Source: Myxococcota bacterium
GTDB lineage: Bacteria; Myxococcota; JACRCW01
Direction: 5' to 3'
Assembly (NCBI GenBank): GCA_040752415.1
Contig: JBFMGU010000001.1
Coordinates: 1-64,000, forward strand
Length of the DNA stretch: 64,000 nt
Made by a program: the position numbers and the translations under genes. Below are positions 55,630 through 64,000 of this stretch, in pieces. Numbering within the stretch: position 1 is the stretch's first letter; every line of letters begins with the position of its first letter. The notes under the pieces are model-generated. The model saw nothing but the letters and a program-made list of their open reading frames with translations. It was not told the DNA's origin and did not search any database.

Positions 55630-56877
55630 ATGAAAGAACCGGTGCTTCTCGCCTGGCCCATTGCGGGACGCTTTGGCGGCACAGAGACGATGATCGCGCG
55701 GCTGGCGCGAGGATTCCGTGACGCCGGACATCCCGTCTGGGTGTTATGCCGGGACACGCCCATGGTCCCGCGTTACCGCGAAGCTGGCGCCACCGTCATG
55801 ACGCTGGATGCGCTGGAATGGGAGCCGTCGCTGCAGCGCTCGGAAGAGTTCCTGCAGACCACCGCGCGCATCATTGCGGCGCTTCCTTCCGGCTGCAGGC
55901 CACGAATCATCACCTTTGATGCCAAGGGGCTGATGATCGGCGGGATGGTCGCCATGGCCACGCAGGGGCGGTTGTTCGCCTACGTGGTGCACCCACTGAT
56001 CCTGGCGTCCGTGCGGGCCGAGGTGCTCCAGAAGCTGGTCTCGCTGGGCCGATTGTTTTCCATCAATGAGGGGTGCCTGGACCCCATGATGCCTGCCTTA
56101 GGCGAGCTTCGCGCCGCGGTTCCCCTCTTGCCGGTGGCCATTCCAGAGAGTGAGCCGTTGCAGGCGCAGCCGAGAGAGCAAGGGCAGTTGCGAATCCTCA
56201 GCGTTGCACGCCTGGAACCGGACAAGCGCTACCTCTTTGGCCTGGTTCGCGCCATGGCGGCGATACGCTCGCACTTCCCGCGCGCCACGCTCACGATTGT
56301 GGGGGATGGCAGCCTCCGCAAAGCGTTGCAGGAGGAAGTTCAGCGCGTGTCGTCGTCAACGGTTTCGCGGATGGTCGGCGCAGTCCCTCCGGAGCAGCTC
56401 GCTGACTTCTATCGCGATTGTGATGTGTACGTGGGCATGGGAACCACGGCGCTGTTGGCTGCCATGTACGGCCGTCCCACCCTCGTGGTGCGGATTGACG
56501 ACGAAGAGCAGCACTGTCTCGGGCTCCTTCAGCACCAGCGCGGATTCAATTTCGGGGAATCCGACCCTGCCACCAACGTCGTTCCCCTCGTCGATGCCGT
56601 GGTGGAGACGTGCGCACGGGAGGAACGTCGTCAGGAGCTGGCGCGGGAGGCCCATGCCTATGTCATGGCGCACCACACGGAGCGTGGCGTGATGCCGCGG
56701 GTTTTGTCACACGTGGAGCAGGCGAAGGACGGCCCGGTTCTCGTCACGCACGACGACTCGATTTCTCCCGCTGGCGAAACCCGATGGCTCGCGAGACGCA
56801 CGAAGCAGCGTGAACCGCGGGTTGAGCGTTGGATTGCGGCTGCGCGTCGCGCTGCGGACGTGCTGCGAGCCCGGTGA
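55630..56877 (+). CDS. GT4-like glycosyltransferase
   Basis: GGTETMIARLA, VARLEPDK, IVGDG, GMGTTALLAAMYGRP. Confidence 0.8.
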   Translation: MKEPVLLAWPIAGRFGGTETMIARLARGFRDAGHPVWVLCRDTPMVPRYREAGATVMTLDALEWEPSLQRSEEFLQTTARIIAALPSGCRPRIITFDAKGLMIGGMVAMATQGRLFAYVVHPLILASVRAEVLQKLVSLGRLFSINEGCLDPMMPALGELRAAVPLLPVAIPESEPLQAQPREQGQLRILSVARLEPDKRYLFGLVRAMAAIRSHFPRATLTIVGDGSLRKALQEEVQRVSSSTVSRMVGAVPPEQLADFYRDCDVYVGMGTTALLAAMYGRPTLVVRIDDEEQHCLGLLQHQRGFNFGESDPATNVVPLVDAVVETCAREERRQELAREAHAYVMAHHTERGVMPRVLSHVEQAKDGPVLVTHDDSISPAGETRWLARRTKQREPRVERWIAAARRAADVLRAR

Positions 56878-56889
56878 GGTGTTCCGCGA

Positions 56890-58068
56890 CTACGGCGAGG
56901 AGGGTCGGGCAGGCTCCTTGGACAGAATCTGCTTCGCCAGGGCCTCCGCTTGAAGCTCGTAACCTCGTCCGTTGCAGTGGGGATCACGGGGGAGCAGGTG
57001 GAACGGGCCGCGTGCTTGTTGGGCCCGGAACGAGTCGATGAGCGGCACGAACCCGATGCCGGTCTCGTCGGCGGCGCTCTTCACTCGTTTCTCAATGGCG
57101 TAGCGGTCGTACTTCTCCGGAGGAATGCCTTTGGAGTGCAGCGTTTCCTGCACCACGGGCTCCCACACCTCCGAAATCGCGGGATGCAGGTACATCACAA
57201 ACTGCGCGCCGTTCGTCGTCGCGGTTCCCTTCATCCGCGTCAGCAATCGCTTGAACAGCGCCCAATCCCGTCGCTCAAGCTCCTGCGGGTTGTAATAGGC
57301 CTCGTCTCCCAGCCCCATGAGGTTTCGTCCGCTCCAGGTGCCCATGGACGTTCTCAGGACCAGCAGGCTGGGTTGGAGCACACGGTAGAAAGCCGACAAT
57401 TGCAGCCAGCGGCCGGGGCCTTCCCCCATCTTGGCGACGTCGGCGCCGGCAGGCGGCGGATGCTCCTCAAGGCTGCCGTCTGGTTTCAACGTGAACCGCA
57501 CCTTCCCCAGCCCGGCAAAGTCGGACACCACGTTCCCGCCAAAGTCGTTGTCGCAGACGCCGTGCAGGATGATGTCCGGTTTGTACAGGGGCACCAGCTG
57601 CTCCATGCGCACCAGGGCCTGGTCCGTGGCGTATCCCTGGACACCCGCGTTCACGACGTCCACGTTGAGGCCTGCGCCGCGCAGGATCCGCTCCAGGTGG
57701 GCGTGCACGGTCTGATCTTGCGGAACCGAACGCCCCACCACCGCGGAGTCGCCAAACAACATGACGCGCAGTGCACCCGCGGGCTTCTCGCGGGTGGCGG
57801 TGGGCGGGGTCAGGCCGTCGGCGTTGGTCTGGAAGTGGACTTCCCACCCGTGCTCGGTGGCGGTGGTGACGTCGATGTTGGGCTTCTGGACCCAGCCGGC
57901 GCGGGCGTCGCGGACCCAGTCGTCGGCCGCGTCGCGGAACCGCCAGCGGGACTCCGGCACCACGAGCCGCGTGCCGACCTCCGCCACGACCAGGAAGCCG
58001 GCCAGGCCAATGCCAACGGAAAGCGCCGCGAATATGAACTGTTTGCCGACGTCCTTGCTCACGTGCAC
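56890..58068 (-). CDS. SGNH/GDSL hydrolase-family protein with N-terminal anchor (AlgJ/PatB-like)
   Basis: SGNH blocks LFGDS, NAGVQGY, CDND and DPH; N-terminal TM segment. Confidence 0.85.
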   Translation of the reverse strand: MHVSKDVGKQFIFAALSVGIGLAGFLVVAEVGTRLVVPESRWRFRDAADDWVRDARAGWVQKPNIDVTTATEHGWEVHFQTNADGLTPPTATREKPAGALRVMLFGDSAVVGRSVPQDQTVHAHLERILRGAGLNVDVVNAGVQGYATDQALVRMEQLVPLYKPDIILHGVCDNDFGGNVVSDFAGLGKVRFTLKPDGSLEEHPPPAGADVAKMGEGPGRWLQLSAFYRVLQPSLLVLRTSMGTWSGRNLMGLGDEAYYNPQELERRDWALFKRLLTRMKGTATTNGAQFVMYLHPAISEVWEPVVQETLHSKGIPPEKYDRYAIEKRVKSAADETGIGFVPLIDSFRAQQARGPFHLLPRDPHCNGRGYELQAEALAKQILSKEPARPSSP

Positions 58069-58106
58069 CGGTTCAACACGTCCGGTGAGGGATCGTCAAG
58101 CTCGTC

Positions 58107-59252
58107 ATGCGCATCCTGACCGTCAGCAATTGTCCGCTGGTTGCAACCCAGGGCTCGGGCTCGGTCATCCTGGGCTTCGCGGAACGACTGCGTGAGCGCG
58201 GCCACACCGTCGAACTGTACGGTCCTCCCGACTACGAGGTCCTGGGCCGCCTGACGCGGGCCAAGAGCTACCGCCAGGCCGCGGGCATGCTGGCGCTGGT
58301 GACGCGACGCTTGGCGCGGAGCCGTTATGATGTCGTGGAGTTCTATGGCGCGGAGTCCTGGCTTGCGCTGAGCGCGTTGCGGCGCCTGCCGCGTCGGGAC
58401 TTCCTGTTGGTGAGTCATTCCAACGGGCTCGAGTCTCACTACATCGGCGCGTTGTTGCGTGCGCTGGGGACCTGGTCACCCAATGGATCGCCGACGCGCT
58501 GGTACCAACGTGATCCGCGTCCGCTCTTCGACCTGGGCTTCCGCTCCGCCGACGGGATTGTGACCGTGAGCGAGTTCGATCGGGACTTCGCGTTGACGCA
58601 CGGCTACCAGCCGTCGTCGCGCGTGGTGGCCGTGCCGAACGCCGTGGACCCCGTCTTTCTGGACGCCACCCCACGCGGGAACAGCTCCAACACCGTCGGG
58701 TTTTGCGGCTCCTGGATCTCCATCAAGGGCATCGACGTCATGACCCGCGACGTCACGGAGTTCTTGCGGGTCCGTCCGGACTGGCGCTTCTCCGTCGTGG
58801 GAGTCGGGGATGGTTTTCGTGCTGAAGACGTGTTTCCCGCGGACGTGCGAGCGCGGGTTGACGTCGTCCCCTACCTGAGGGAGCGGCGTCAGCTTCGCGA
58901 CTGGTACGGCAGTGTGTCCATCCTGGTGGCACCGTCGATCTACGAGAGCTTCAGTCTCGCCGTCGCGGAAGGCATGTGTTGCGGCTGCGCTGTCGTCGCC
59001 ACGCGCATTGGGGTGGCGGCGTCGCTCGTGGACGGGGAGCAGGTGGTGCACCTCCCCGCGTCGGAGAGTCCGCATCTCTATGAGGCACTCATCCGCCTGG
59101 CGGACGACGAGGCATTGCGCAACAAGCTGGCCCGCGCCGGACGCGAGTACGCGCGACGCTTGACGTGGGACGCGGCGGTGCAGCGGCTGGAGAGCACGTA
59201 CGTTCACTGGTTGGACGAGCTGCGGGCGGGACACGCTCGCGGAGCGGCCTAG
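58107..59252 (+). CDS. GT4 glycosyltransferase
   Basis: GSGSV, VPNAV, IKGID, SIYESFSLAVAEGMCCG, LTWDAA. Confidence 0.9.
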   Translation: MRILTVSNCPLVATQGSGSVILGFAERLRERGHTVELYGPPDYEVLGRLTRAKSYRQAAGMLALVTRRLARSRYDVVEFYGAESWLALSALRRLPRRDFLLVSHSNGLESHYIGALLRALGTWSPNGSPTRWYQRDPRPLFDLGFRSADGIVTVSEFDRDFALTHGYQPSSRVVAVPNAVDPVFLDATPRGNSSNTVGFCGSWISIKGIDVMTRDVTEFLRVRPDWRFSVVGVGDGFRAEDVFPADVRARVDVVPYLRERRQLRDWYGSVSILVAPSIYESFSLAVAEGMCCGCAVVATRIGVAASLVDGEQVVHLPASESPHLYEALIRLADDEALRNKLARAGREYARRLTWDAAVQRLESTYVHWLDELRAGHARGAA

Positions 59253-61057
59253 AACCGGTAGCTCCACTCCAGGTACCCCCGACTCATCGGCGTCAAATAC
59301 CACCCCTTGCTCCCCGGCCATCCCGCAAACAGCTCCAGCCCCGTCGCCAGCTCGGCGTTCACGGCCAGCTGGTACGTGACCCGCGCGCTCATCCCCGCGT
59401 CGCGCTGCCACGGCGCCAGCAGCGTGGCAAAGCGCCAGCCGAACGTGTCGAAGAAGCTTCCGCGCAACCGCGCCTGCAACGTGGGCCGGTGCACGGTGTG
59501 CTCTCCGGCGCGGGCCTGGTCGGTGGGCTCCAATCGGGCAATGCGCGCTCCGTCGGGAACACCGTTGATCAGGTCGTAGCCCGCCTCGAGGGCTCCCTGG
59601 ACCAGCTCGGTGTAACCGCTCTCCACGCCCACAACGACACCCGCGGTCCACACGTCGGCGCTGCGCAGCGTTCCATCCCGCGCCACCACGTGCACCGTCC
59701 GTCCAATCTGCGGGCCCACCAACGGCGAGAGATGCGCCATTCCGCGCACCACCGCCGGGCCCACCGTGCCACTGACTTCCGCCTGCGCCACCATCGCGCG
59801 CCGGAAGCGGTAGGCCACACTTCCCTCCAGCGCTGAGCAACGCTCGTCGCCACACGCGTCGGCCAGTGGCGCGTTGACGACGTGTTGCGCCTGCCGGTCG
59901 CTCGCCGCGCCCAGTGCGCGCGCGGTGTCGTCGGACATCTGTAGCTCTGGCACCGGGTCATGCCCGAACACAGCCGCCAGCGAGACGTCCGCCCGCTCCA
60001 ACGCCAGGAACGCCCGCGCTCCGACGGTGGGACTGAAATCCCCGAGCACCGGCCGGTCATGCAGCGGGACACCGCGTTGCAGCGCGTCCGCGGCGTGCGC
60101 ATCCATTCCCGCGCGTGAAACCAGCAGCGAGCCCACGGGCTCCGCCAGGTCCCACGCCTCCGCGTCCTCGGCGAACAGCGGCGCGCGCGGCGGCACGAAC
60201 AACGGAATGACGACGAGCTCCACCCCCACCGGCCCCAGCGCGCCGTAGAAACTCGTCGAGAGAACGGGTGTGCGAGCCTGGAGCTCGTCGGGAAACGCGA
60301 GTCCGTCACGGGGATCCGGCGGATTCAACATGCTGCTCACCGGACTGGAGAGCGCCGCGCTCCACGAGAAGAGCTGTCGTCCCACGCGCAGGCGCGCCTT
60401 CTTCACCTTCAGCGTGGCATGCACCTCTCCCAGCTCCACGACGCCGGAGACGCGGTTGTCAAAGCTCCACGGGCTCTTGCGCCGCCACAGTGGCGTCGTG
60501 AAGTCCGGCGTGAGACGACGTGGAACCTGGATCCCCGCCGCGGCGCGCGCGCGCGTGTAGACCTCTCCGTAGAGATGGAAGGGCAGGTCGGGGCGGACCT
60601 GGATGGTGACCGCCGCCTCGGAGAGCGTGCGCAGCAGATCATTCTCCACCCGGCCGCCCGGCCGCGCCGACGCACGCGAGCCGAACCGCCCCGTCAGCGC
60701 GAAGTGGGACGCCTTCAGTCCGAGGAGAGATCGCTCGCCCAGCGTCTGTCCCGCCGTGGGATCCGCGGGGCCGCCGGAGAGCGTGAACACCGTCGGTGAG
60801 GGGGGGCGCGGCGGGGTGGGCGGGAGCGGTGGCGTCCTGCCCTCGAGGACGGATGGCGTCGGAGGGAGCGGAGGCAGCGGCGGCATGGGCGGCCCGGTGG
60901 GCTCGGGCGGCGGCTCGTCCTCCTCGATGATGATGATCTCCTCCTCTTCCTCCTCGGGCTTGGCCTGCGCGCGGGCGTCCGTCGTCAACGCCAGCATCGT
61001 CGTCGACGCCGCGAGGCAGCAGAGCAACCGCAACACATCCTGGATGGAAACCCGCAC
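59249..61057 (-). CDS. Putative outer-membrane beta-barrel protein with acidic and Pro-rich N-terminal linker
   Basis: Signal peptide ending ARA-Q, EEEEEEIIIIEEDE, Pro-rich tract, LRVGRQLFSWS, C-terminal YLEWSYRF (terminal Phe beta-signal). Confidence 0.6.
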   Translation of the reverse strand: MRVSIQDVLRLLCCLAASTTMLALTTDARAQAKPEEEEEEIIIIEEDEPPPEPTGPPMPPLPPLPPTPSVLEGRTPPLPPTPPRPPSPTVFTLSGGPADPTAGQTLGERSLLGLKASHFALTGRFGSRASARPGGRVENDLLRTLSEAAVTIQVRPDLPFHLYGEVYTRARAAAGIQVPRRLTPDFTTPLWRRKSPWSFDNRVSGVVELGEVHATLKVKKARLRVGRQLFSWSAALSSPVSSMLNPPDPRDGLAFPDELQARTPVLSTSFYGALGPVGVELVVIPLFVPPRAPLFAEDAEAWDLAEPVGSLLVSRAGMDAHAADALQRGVPLHDRPVLGDFSPTVGARAFLALERADVSLAAVFGHDPVPELQMSDDTARALGAASDRQAQHVVNAPLADACGDERCSALEGSVAYRFRRAMVAQAEVSGTVGPAVVRGMAHLSPLVGPQIGRTVHVVARDGTLRSADVWTAGVVVGVESGYTELVQGALEAGYDLINGVPDGARIARLEPTDQARAGEHTVHRPTLQARLRGSFFDTFGWRFATLLAPWQRDAGMSARVTYQLAVNAELATGLELFAGWPGSKGWYLTPMSRGYLEWSYRF

Positions 61058-61072
61058 GCAGCGGGCATGCTC

Positions 61073-61873
61073 TCAGGCCGCCCCCAGCCCCAGCAACTGC
61101 GGAACGGTCACCATGCCCGGACCTCGTCCCGCCAGGCGCGCGGCGAGGATGAGCGCCCCCCGCGCAAACGTGTCACGACTGTGCGCCCGGTGGGTCAGCT
61201 CCAGCCGTTCTCCGTCGCCATAGAGCGCCACGGTGTGATCCCCCACGACGTCACCGCCGCGCAGCGACGCCATCCCGATGCTCCCCGTCTCCCGCGCGCC
61301 GTGCACGCTGGCACGGGAGGGCACCATGACGTCCTTGAGCTGCACCCCACGACCCTCGGCCGCGGCCCCCGCGAGCAACAACGCCGTCCCGCTGGGCGCG
61401 TCCTTCTTGTGCCGATGGTGCGTCTCCACCACTTCCACGTCGTACTCGCGCAATGTTGCCGCCGCTTGACGCACCAGGTGCGCGAGCACCCAGACCCCTG
61501 CGCTGAGGTTCGGCGCCACGCACACCGCCACGCGCTGGGACGCTTCCTGCAGCGCGGAGCGCGCGGTGTCGTCGAGACCGGTGGCCGCCATGAGCAACGG
61601 CTTCCCCTGGCGCGCCGCCTCCTTCGCGTGCGCAGTCGCGGCGGCACCCAGGCTCACATCCAGGATCACGTCGCAGCCCGACCAATCCACGCCGTCACCG
61701 GAGTAGCCCAGGCCCGCGGGTCCGCCGGGAACGGCCTGGCCCACCAGTGCGCTGCCCGGTCGCACCGTCGCCAACGTCACGCGGCCTGATGTCCACCCGG
61801 TTGACAATTGCACCACGCGCGAGCCCAGCCGACCCGCGGCGCCGAGGACGCCCAGTCGGACCTCAGAGGCCAT
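61073..61873 (-). CDS. dapB: 4-hydroxy-tetrahydrodipicolinate reductase
   Basis: GAAGRLG, APNLSAGV, ETHHRHKKDAPSGTA, RGGDVVGDH, HRAHSRDTFARGA. Confidence 0.96.
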   Translation of the reverse strand: MASEVRLGVLGAAGRLGSRVVQLSTGWTSGRVTLATVRPGSALVGQAVPGGPAGLGYSGDGVDWSGCDVILDVSLGAAATAHAKEAARQGKPLLMAATGLDDTARSALQEASQRVAVCVAPNLSAGVWVLAHLVRQAAATLREYDVEVVETHHRHKKDAPSGTALLLAGAAAEGRGVQLKDVMVPSRASVHGARETGSIGMASLRGGDVVGDHTVALYGDGERLELTHRAHSRDTFARGALILAARLAGRGPGMVTVPQLLGLGAA

Positions 61874-62756
61874 GCTTGATGTCCACGCCCAGCTTCTTGA
61901 GCTCGGTGAGCAGCGCCTGGCGCTTGTCCGCGGCCATGGGCACCAGGGGAAGACGCCACTCCTCGCGAATGAGTCCCATGGCGGCGAGCGCGGTCTTGAC
62001 GGGGATGGGGCTCGTGTCGCTGAAGAGCAGGCGCGCGAAGGGCAGGGTGCGCGGAGCAATGGCGCTGGCCTCCGCCACGTTTCCGCTGTTCCACGCGTCG
62101 CACATCTTCGCCATGTCGCGCGCGATGAGGTGCGTGGTCACGCTGATGACACCCTTGCCGCCCACGGCCAGCGTCGGGAGGACCAGGCCGTCCTCGCCGG
62201 AGAGCACGCTGAAGGTCTTGGGGAGCGCAACACACATCTCGTGCATGCGCTGCAGGTTGGCGCTGGCGTCCTTGAGCCCCACGATGTTCGGCGTCTGGGC
62301 GAGCTTCAGGACCACGTCGGCGGACATGTCCACGCCGGTGCGACCGGGGACGTTGTACAGGATGACGGGGAGCCTGGTGGCCTGCGCCACGGCCTGGAAG
62401 TGCGCGGTGAGACCGGCGGAATTCGGCTTCACGTAGTACGGCGTGACGGCGAGCAGCCCGTCGACACCGGCCTCCGCGCACAGCCTGGCCAGCTCCACGC
62501 TCTTGTGGGTGGCGGGGCTGCCCACGCCGGCAATCACCGGCACATTGCCCTTGGCGGTCTTCACCACGTGTTTCACCACCGCCACGTGCTCCTCGACGCT
62601 GAGCGCGGCGGCCTCGCCGGTGGTCCCGCAGGGAACCAGGCCGTGGATTCCGTCGGCAATCTGCTGGCGCACCACGCGCTCCAGCGCTTCAAAGTCGACC
62701 GCGCCGTCCTTGAACGGCGTGACCATGGCGGTGAGGGCACCTTCAAACTGACGCAT
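61863..62756 (-). CDS. dapA: 4-hydroxy-tetrahydrodipicolinate synthase
   Basis: AMVTPF, CGTTGE, TPYYVKP, LYNVPGRTG, GLKDAS, SPIPVK. Confidence 0.97.
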   Translation of the reverse strand: MRQFEGALTAMVTPFKDGAVDFEALERVVRQQIADGIHGLVPCGTTGEAAALSVEEHVAVVKHVVKTAKGNVPVIAGVGSPATHKSVELARLCAEAGVDGLLAVTPYYVKPNSAGLTAHFQAVAQATRLPVILYNVPGRTGVDMSADVVLKLAQTPNIVGLKDASANLQRMHEMCVALPKTFSVLSGEDGLVLPTLAVGGKGVISVTTHLIARDMAKMCDAWNSGNVAEASAIAPRTLPFARLLFSDTSPIPVKTALAAMGLIREEWRLPLVPMAADKRQALLTELKKLGVDIKHGL

Positions 62757-62767
62757 GACTGCTCCCA

Positions 62768-64000
62768 TCAATCCGGCATGGCGCGCTCATGCGCCAGCAG
62801 GTCCTCGTACGTCTCGCGGCTGCGGATGCAGAACGCGCGACCACCGTCCACCATCACCTCCGCGGGACGGGGGCGGCTGTTGTAGTTGGAAGCCATGGAA
62901 AATCCATAGGCCCCCGCGCTCATCACGCAGATGAGGTCTCCGGCGGCCAGCGGCGGCAGCGTGCGGTCGCGCGCAATGAAGTCTGCGGATTCACACACCG
63001 GCCCCACCACGTCGACGGTGGTCTGCGGCGCATCCGCGGATGCCTGGCGCACCGGCAGCACCTGGTGCCACGCGCTGTAGAGGGCAGGGCGCATGAGGTC
63101 GTTCATTCCGACGTCGGTGATGACAAAGGTCTTCACCCCGTTGTCCTTCACGTACAACACCCGACCCAGCAGCACGCCCGCGTTTCCCACGATCACGCGG
63201 CCCGGCTCCAGGATCACCGAGAGGCCCGAGTCACCCACCGCCTCGGCGAGCACACGCGCGTATTCCGCGGGATTGGGCGGCGTCTCGTCGCGGTAGGTGA
63301 TTCCCAGGCCGCCGCCAAAGCTGATCTCGCGGACGGGATGGCCGGCGCTGCGCAGCTCACGTGCAAACCCCACCACCTTGTGCGCCGCCTCGCGGATGGG
63401 CGGGAGTTGCGTGATCTGGCTGCCAATGTGGCAGGCCACGCCGTGGAGACGCAGCCCCTTGCGACGACGGATGTCCTCCACCAGCGACACCGCCTGCGCC
63501 ATGGGAATCCCGAACTTGTTGGTCCGCATTCCCGTCGAGATGTACGGGTGCGTGGCCGCGTCGACGTCGGGGTTGACGCGCAGGGAGACGGACGCCACAC
63601 GACCCAGCTGCTGCGCCACGGAATCCAGGAGCTCCATCTCCGGCGCGCTCTCGAGGTGGAACGCACGGATGCCGGCCTGCAGCGCCTGCCGCATCTCGTC
63701 TGCGGTCTTCCCCACGCCGCTGAACACGATGCGCTCTCCGGGGATGCCGGCCTTCAGCGCGCGGTACAGCTCACCGCCACTGACGACGTCAGCGCCCGCG
63801 CCCATGCGTCCCAGCGTCTCCAGCACGCCCAGCGAGGGGTTGGCCTTGACCGCAAAGCAGACCACGCGCGGGTGACTCCCCAGCGCCTCATCCATCACGC
63901 GGAAGTGACGACGGAGCGTGGCCCGTGCGTAGACGTACGTGGGGGTTCCGTGGGCGGCGGCAAGGTCCGTGAGCGGAACGTCTTCAGCGTGGAGGACGCC
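62768..64000 (-). CDS. lysA: Diaminopimelate decarboxylase (5' end outside window)
   Basis: GTPTYVY, FAVKAN, SGVGK, HIGSQ, EPGR, GPVCES, MASNYNSRPR. The frame is open to the window edge. Confidence 0.97.
   Translation of the reverse strand, partial: GVLHAEDVPLTDLAAAHGTPTYVYARATLRRHFRVMDEALGSHPRVVCFAVKANPSLGVLETLGRMGAGADVVSGGELYRALKAGIPGERIVFSGVGKTADEMRQALQAGIRAFHLESAPEMELLDSVAQQLGRVASVSLRVNPDVDAATHPYISTGMRTNKFGIPMAQAVSLVEDIRRRKGLRLHGVACHIGSQITQLPPIREAAHKVVGFARELRSAGHPVREISFGGGLGITYRDETPPNPAEYARVLAEAVGDSGLSVILEPGRVIVGNAGVLLGRVLYVKDNGVKTFVITDVGMNDLMRPALYSAWHQVLPVRQASADAPQTTVDVVGPVCESADFIARDRTLPPLAAGDLICVMSAGAYGFSMASNYNSRPRPAEVMVDGGRAFCIRSRETYEDLLAHERAMPD

Noticed and set aside
60770..60960. 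Low-complexity GGC/CTC/GAT repeats
   Set aside because: Explained by the Pro, Glu and Ile tracts of the encoded protein; not an independent repeat element.

Overview
High-GC bacterial DNA, probably Myxococcota/Deltaproteobacteria (inferred from composition and the lysA-dapA-dapB arrangement, not verified). Positions ~1-59,250 form one very large surface-glycan locus of about 50 genes. It encodes about 17 soluble glycosyltransferases (GT2, GT4-like and two candidate CMP-ulosonate transferases) and three export/assembly systems: Wzm/Wzt, a PglK/MsbA-type ABC flippase and a Wzy-like polymerase. It also encodes two GT-C-like membrane proteins, four DegT-family aminotransferases, four hexapeptide acetyltransferases, two methyltransferases, MBOAT plus two SGNH proteins, an OafA acyltransferase, an AsnB amidotransferase and a membrane-anchored sulfatase-fold enzyme. 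A legionaminic-acid-type pathway (LegB, LegC, NeuC/LegG, CBS-nucleotidyltransferase) contains a single ORF fusing CMP-nonulosonate synthetase (NeuA) to nonulosonate synthase (NeuB) and follows a HisF2/HisH2/WbuX acetamidino cassette. Regulatory candidates are an EPS-type MarR gene with upstream palindromes and the apparent 3' end of a NusG/RfaH/UpxY-type gene at the left edge. The right end holds a putative outer-membrane protein and the housekeeping genes dapB, dapA and lysA (lysA truncated by the window). I found no rRNA, tRNA, CRISPR array or mobile element. All product calls come from manual motif reading; no database search was run.
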